DNA of 54,206 nucleotides from Burkholderiales bacterium (GTDB lineage Bacteria; Pseudomonadota; Gammaproteobacteria; Burkholderiales; Burkholderiaceae_C): NCBI GenBank assembly GCA_031376995.1, contig JANMEO010000183.1, positions 1 to 54,206 of the forward strand, read 5' to 3'. Shown piece by piece: positions 50,155 to 54,206 of this stretch (position 1 is its first letter; each line of letters starts with the position of its first letter). The notes under the pieces were generated by a model. It saw only the letters and a program-made list of their open reading frames with translations, ran no database searches and was not told where the DNA came from. The position numbers and the translations under genes were made by a program.

Positions 50155-52299
50155 TCAAACCTGCTCAGCAGGCTGAGCAGGTTGAACCGGGTGAGCCACC
50201 GACTCGCGCTCAATCAACGCCTTCATCGACAGCTTAATGCGACCCTTTTCATCGGTTTCAAGCACCTTGACTTTGACCACCTGACCTTCTTTAAGGAAAT
50301 CAGTAACTTTTTCAACACGCTGATGGGCAATCTGACTGATGTGGAGCAAGCCGTCTTTGCCGGGCAACAGGTTGATCAGCGCACCAAAATCAAGAATCTT
50401 GGTGACAGCCCCCTCGTAAACCATGCCGATCTCGACCTCAGCAGTGATCTCCTCGATGCGACGCTTGGCAATCGCAGCTTTTTCACTGTCATTGGAGGCG
50501 ATGGTGATGGTGCCATCTTCATCAATGTTGATCTGCGTGCCAGTCTCTTCGGTCAACGCGCGAATCACGGCCCCACCCTTGCCAATGATGTCGCGAATTT
50601 TTTCAGGATTGATCTTCATGGTGAACAAGCGAGGTGCAAATTCAGACACCTCAGCCTTGGCAGAGCCCATGGCTTCAACCATTTTGCCAAGGATATGCAA
50701 ACGAGCCTCTTTGGCTTGTGCCAGGGCAACCTGCATGATCTCTTTGGTAATGCCTTGAATTTTGATGTCCATTTGCAAAGCTGTGACACCCATGGCAGTA
50801 CCCGCCACTTTAAAGTCCATATCGCCCAAATGATCTTCATCACCCAAGATGTCCGTCAGCACAGCGAATCGGTTGCCTTCCTTGATCAGGCCCATCGCAA
50901 TGCCCGCCACATGGGCCTTCAGGGGCACCCCGGCGTCCATCAAGGCCAGACAACCGCCACAAACAGACGCCATCGATGACGAACCATTGGACTCGGTAAT
51001 CTCGGACACCACCCGCATGGCATAAGGAAAGTCGCTGCGCTCAGGAAGCACGGCCATCAATGCCCGCTTGGCGAGTCGGCCATGGCCCACCTCGCGACGC
51101 TTCGGTGTCCCCACACGGCCAGTTTCTCCAGTGGCAAAAGGAGGCATGTTGTAGTGCAGCATGAAGTGTTCAGAGAATTCACCCGCCAAGGCATCGATCT
51201 TTTGCGCGTCACGGTCAGTGCCCAAGGTGGCTGTTGCCAAAGCTTGGGTCTCGCCCCGCGTGAACAAGCTAGACCCATGCACGCGAGGCAAAACACCATT
51301 GCGGATCTCTATCTGACGCACAGTGCGTGTGTCGCGACCATCGATGCGTGGCTCACCCGAGAGAATTTGACCCCGAACGATCTTAGCTTCAATATCAAAC
51401 AACAATGCATCAAGACTAACTTCGTCAAAGGGCAAACCTTCTGCCTTTAGAGCGGCCTTGGTCGTGGCATAGGCCTCACGCATGGCTTGGGTGCGCTGCT
51501 GCTTGGACCGAATTTGGTAAGCAGCCTGCACAGGCTCAGAAGCCAGGGCATTGATCTTGGCGATGAAAGCTTCATCCTTCGCCGGCGCCACCCAATCCCA
51601 GGCAGGTTTGCCGGCATCCCGCACGAGTGCATTGATGGCTTCGATGGCGATGTTGCTTTGCTCGTGACCAAAAACCACGCCGGCCAGCATCACTTCCTCG
51701 CTGAGCTGCTGCGCTTCTGACTCGACCATCAATACGGCCGCATGAGTACCCGCCACAACGAGATCCATTTTGGACCCTGCCAATTGAGCCTTACTGGGGT
51801 TGAGAACGTAATTGCCGCCAATGTAAGCCACCCGAGCCGCACCCATGGGGCCATTGAATGGCACACCCGAGATGGCCAAAGCGGCGCTGGCACCTATCAA
51901 AGATGGAATGTCTGCGGCCACTTCAGGGTTCAAAGATAAAACATGAATCACGACCTGCACTTCGTTGAAAAAACCTTCTGGAAACAAGGGGCGTAAAGGG
52001 CGGTCGATCAAGCGCGAAGTCAGGGTTTCGAGCTCACTCGGGCGACCTTCTCGCTTGAAAAAGCTGCCGGGGATTTTGCCGGCCGCATAAGTTTTTTCTA
52101 AATAATCAACTGTCAATGGGAAAAAATCTTGGCCAGGTTTGGCATTCTTTGCCGCGACCACTGTGGCCAAGATCACGGTGTCATCCATATTGACCATCAC
52201 GGCGCCGCTGGCTTGGCGCGCGACCTCACCCGTCTCAAGGGTGACTGTGTTTTGTCCCCACTGGAAGGTCTTAGTAACTTTATTGAACATGCTGCTCAT
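50155..52299 (-). CDS. pnp: Polyribonucleotide nucleotidyltransferase (PNPase)
   Basis: 714 aa from [15 protein letters not shown], with two RNase PH domains, KH and S1 domains. Start at ATG 52299; the upstream ORF extension is not supported. Confidence 0.97.
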   Translation of the reverse strand: MSSMFNKVTKTFQWGQNTVTLETGEVARQASGAVMVNMDDTVILATVVAAKNAKPGQDFFPLTVDYLEKTYAAGKIPGSFFKREGRPSELETLTSRLIDRPLRPLFPEGFFNEVQVVIHVLSLNPEVAADIPSLIGASAALAISGVPFNGPMGAARVAYIGGNYVLNPSKAQLAGSKMDLVVAGTHAAVLMVESEAQQLSEEVMLAGVVFGHEQSNIAIEAINALVRDAGKPAWDWVAPAKDEAFIAKINALASEPVQAAYQIRSKQQRTQAMREAYATTKAALKAEGLPFDEVSLDALLFDIEAKIVRGQILSGEPRIDGRDTRTVRQIEIRNGVLPRVHGSSLFTRGETQALATATLGTDRDAQKIDALAGEFSEHFMLHYNMPPFATGETGRVGTPKRREVGHGRLAKRALMAVLPERSDFPYAMRVVSEITESNGSSSMASVCGGCLALMDAGVPLKAHVAGIAMGLIKEGNRFAVLTDILGDEDHLGDMDFKVAGTAMGVTALQMDIKIQGITKEIMQVALAQAKEARLHILGKMVEAMGSAKAEVSEFAPRLFTMKINPEKIRDIIGKGGAVIRALTEETGTQINIDEDGTITIASNDSEKAAIAKRRIEEITAEVEIGMVYEGAVTKILDFGALINLLPGKDGLLHISQIAHQRVEKVTDFLKEGQVVKVKVLETDEKGRIKLSMKALIERESVAHPVQPAQPAEQV

Positions 52300-52507
52300 G
52301 ACTTTCTCCGATGTTGTATGAGGTACCGAATGGCATATTGCTTGCCACTGGATCAAGTGTTTGGGATGCCAAGCAACGGTAGCTTGACCCGCCTGCCGTG
52401 CCCCCAGCGCCCTGGAATGCTCACCCAGCACCCCACTTGCCCAGCTTCAATTGACTGCAGGAAAGAGAAGCGCCAACTTATTTTGCAACGGCTTGGCGCA
52501 GTCAATA

Positions 52508-52546
52508 GAAAAACAAAAAGCCTGTACTGGTGTGGCCAGACAGGCT
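52508..52546 (-). terminator. rpsO intrinsic terminator / attenuator before pnp
   Basis: On the minus strand, AGCCTGT(C)TGG-loop-CCAG(T)ACAGGCT forms an 11-bp stem with one bulge, followed by TTTTGTTTTTC. It lies 22 nt after the rpsO stop. Confidence 0.7.
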
Positions 52547-52567
52547 CTGCAAATTTAAAAAGTCAGA

Positions 52568-52837
52568 CTACTTACGCAACCCGAGCTTTTGAATCAAGGC
52601 GGTGTAACGATCCGCATCGCGGCCTTTGAGATAGGTCAAGAGACCCTTGCGGGCATTGACCAGCTTGAGCAGACCACGACGACCGTGATGATCTTTTTTG
52701 TGGGCTTTGAAGTGTGGCGTCAGATCGTTGATGCGGGCCGTCAGCAGGGCCACCTGAACCTCGGGAGAGCCGGTGTCTTTGGCGCCGCGGGCATTGTCTT
52801 TGACGATCTCAGCCTTTTGGGCAGTGGTGGTACTCAT
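52568..52837 (-). CDS. rpsO: 30S ribosomal protein S15
   Basis: 89 aa with [35 protein letters not shown]. Confidence 0.97.
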   Translation of the reverse strand: MSTTTAQKAEIVKDNARGAKDTGSPEVQVALLTARINDLTPHFKAHKKDHHGRRGLLKLVNARKGLLTYLKGRDADRYTALIQKLGLRK

Positions 52838-52984
52838 GGGTGTTTCCTAGAAAATGACTTGCGGTCGTCAGTGAAACATACCGACGCCGTGCGATGCTTT
52901 GAGGCGGAAAACCTCAAAAGCACACGATTCTACCGTTAAAGTAGCTGTCTTTGCTCGTTTCCTGGAGTTCTTGAGAGCTTGAGA

Positions 52985-54034
52985 TCAGGCCCGATTCGTC
53001 GACGCGCCCATCTCCAGGCTCCAGCGCGGCAAAACGCTGTAGCCATAGTCTGGTGTATCGGCCAGCAAACCACGCTGCCAGCGCATCGCTGCAGCCAGCC
53101 CAATCATGGCGCCATTGTCAGTACACAAAGCCAGCTCAGGATAGTGCACCTTGAATTGGCGATGGCGACACTCATGATTCAATCGAGTTCGCAAGCTGTG
53201 ATTGGCGCCCACCCCGCCAGCCACCACCAAACGACTCAAGCCTGTTTGTTTGAGCGCCGCCAGCGATTTATGCACCAACACGTCAACGATGGCCAACTCT
53301 GTCGCCGCAGCCACGTCTGCCAGATCTTGCTTTGAACGTGGCTCGACCAACTTGAGCACCTGGGAGCGCACCGCTGTTTTGAGACCCGCAAAGGAGAAAT
53401 TCAGGTCGGGACTGTGGTATAGCGGGCGGGGGAAAATGAATCGCCCGGGGTCGCCAGCTTCAGCCAAGCCTGCCAATGCGGGGCCACCGGGGTAGCCCAA
53501 GCCCATCAACTTGGCTGACTTATCGAAAGCTTCGCCTGCAGCATCATCAATGGTTTCACCGAGTAGGGTGTATTGGCCAACGTCATTGACCCTCATCAAC
53601 TGGGTGTGCCCTCCGGACACCAGCAACGCCACAAATGGAAACTCTGGCGGGTCCCGTGATAAAAACGGTGACAACAAATGCCCCTCCAAGTGATGAATTC
53701 CGGACACGGGGACGCCGAGTGCAGCCGCCAATGCGCTGGCCACACCAGCACCCACCAGCAAAGCACCCGCCAAACCGGGCCCTCGCGTAAAGGCAACATG
53801 CTCTATGGCCTGAAGGGACAAACGAGCATCGGACAAAACCTGTTCAAGCAATGGAATCACACGCTGAATATGGTCTCTGGAGGCCAACTCAGGAACCACA
53901 CCGCCGTAAGCCTGGTGCATATGAACTTGGCTGTGGAGGGCCTGGGCCAGCAAGCGCGGCACACCCTGAGCCTGACATTCAAGCAAGGCCACACCCGTTT
54001 CATCACAAGAGGATTCAATACCGAGGATACGCAT
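52985..54034 (-). CDS. tsaD: tRNA N6-adenosine threonylcarbamoyltransferase TsaD
   Basis: Starts [17 protein letters not shown], with HHLEGH and [10 protein letters not shown]. Start at ATG 54034. Confidence 0.95.
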   Translation of the reverse strand: MRILGIESSCDETGVALLECQAQGVPRLLAQALHSQVHMHQAYGGVVPELASRDHIQRVIPLLEQVLSDARLSLQAIEHVAFTRGPGLAGALLVGAGVASALAAALGVPVSGIHHLEGHLLSPFLSRDPPEFPFVALLVSGGHTQLMRVNDVGQYTLLGETIDDAAGEAFDKSAKLMGLGYPGGPALAGLAEAGDPGRFIFPRPLYHSPDLNFSFAGLKTAVRSQVLKLVEPRSKQDLADVAAATELAIVDVLVHKSLAALKQTGLSRLVVAGGVGANHSLRTRLNHECRHRQFKVHYPELALCTDNGAMIGLAAAMRWQRGLLADTPDYGYSVLPRWSLEMGASTNRA

Positions 54035-54140
54035 GGATGACGAGTTTAAGGGCAGCCGCATCGCTGGTGAACAGCCAATTACCGATTCAACCCTAAAGAT
54101 GTTGTGTTGTCAGAGGGGGTGACGGGATGCGGTGCAATGC

Positions 54141-54206
54141 GTATACCCCTCGGAACTGAAGATGCCGGGTCGCTGAGCCGTTTTGAAAACGGATCTGCAG
54201 CGTTGT
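54141..54206 (+). repeat. Copy C of the dispersed IS-related repeat, running off the right window edge
   Basis: 54142-54206 aligns to 30085-30150 inside the IS derivative at about 80-85 percent identity by eye (TATACCCCTCGGAACTGAAGATGCYGGGTCG...CGTTTTGA.AA.GGA). An in-frame TGA shows it is degenerate. Confidence 0.55.

Noticed and set aside
50113-50979. 288-aa ORF antisense to pnp, along with other long antisense or alternate-frame ORFs (48961-49722, 13025-13534, 16509-16982, 9170-9604, 19877-20497, 27985-28404, 34306-34704)
   Set aside because: These are shadow ORFs opposite or within well-supported genes. They have low-complexity or Arg/His/Gln-rich composition with no recognisable motifs and no independent signals.

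Overview
The window looks betaproteobacterial with Burkholderiales-like gene order; all calls rest on motif recognition and the ORF track, with no database search. The left ~11.5 kb looks accessory. It holds the distal end of a non-flagellar type III secretion cluster (sctQ-R-S-T-U on the + strand, running off the left edge) and a 1194-aa orphan protein that is a candidate secreted substrate. It also holds two tandem, highly similar TAXI-like periplasmic binding proteins with no transporter partner. The last gene there encodes a signal-peptide TPR protein preceded by a consensus HrpL-type hrp box (GGAACT-N16-CCACTCA). The sctQ reading frame is interrupted exactly at a G7 tract. The remaining ~43 kb is core housekeeping: EEP-family enzyme, nudB, aspS, DUF502, an FmdB zinc ribbon, ubiB-ubiJ, and a small exopolysaccharide/nucleotide-sugar locus. 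It continues with gltA-sdhE-sdhBADC, mdh, DUF2069, DUF1178, a NUDIX hydrolase, the complete nuoA-N operon, tRNA-Leu(GAG), secG, tpiA, a quinone oxidoreductase, pnp, rpsO and tsaD. Mobile-element scars lie between mdh and the nuo block: a 487-bp TIR-bounded transposase deletion derivative, an IS630-like fragment and a 119-bp palindromic MITE-like unit. A short dispersed repeat links three sites, at 7.7 kb, 30.1 kb and the right window edge. No rRNA genes, CRISPR arrays, prophage or recognisable defence systems were seen. The most interesting material is the T3SS flank at 1-11500.
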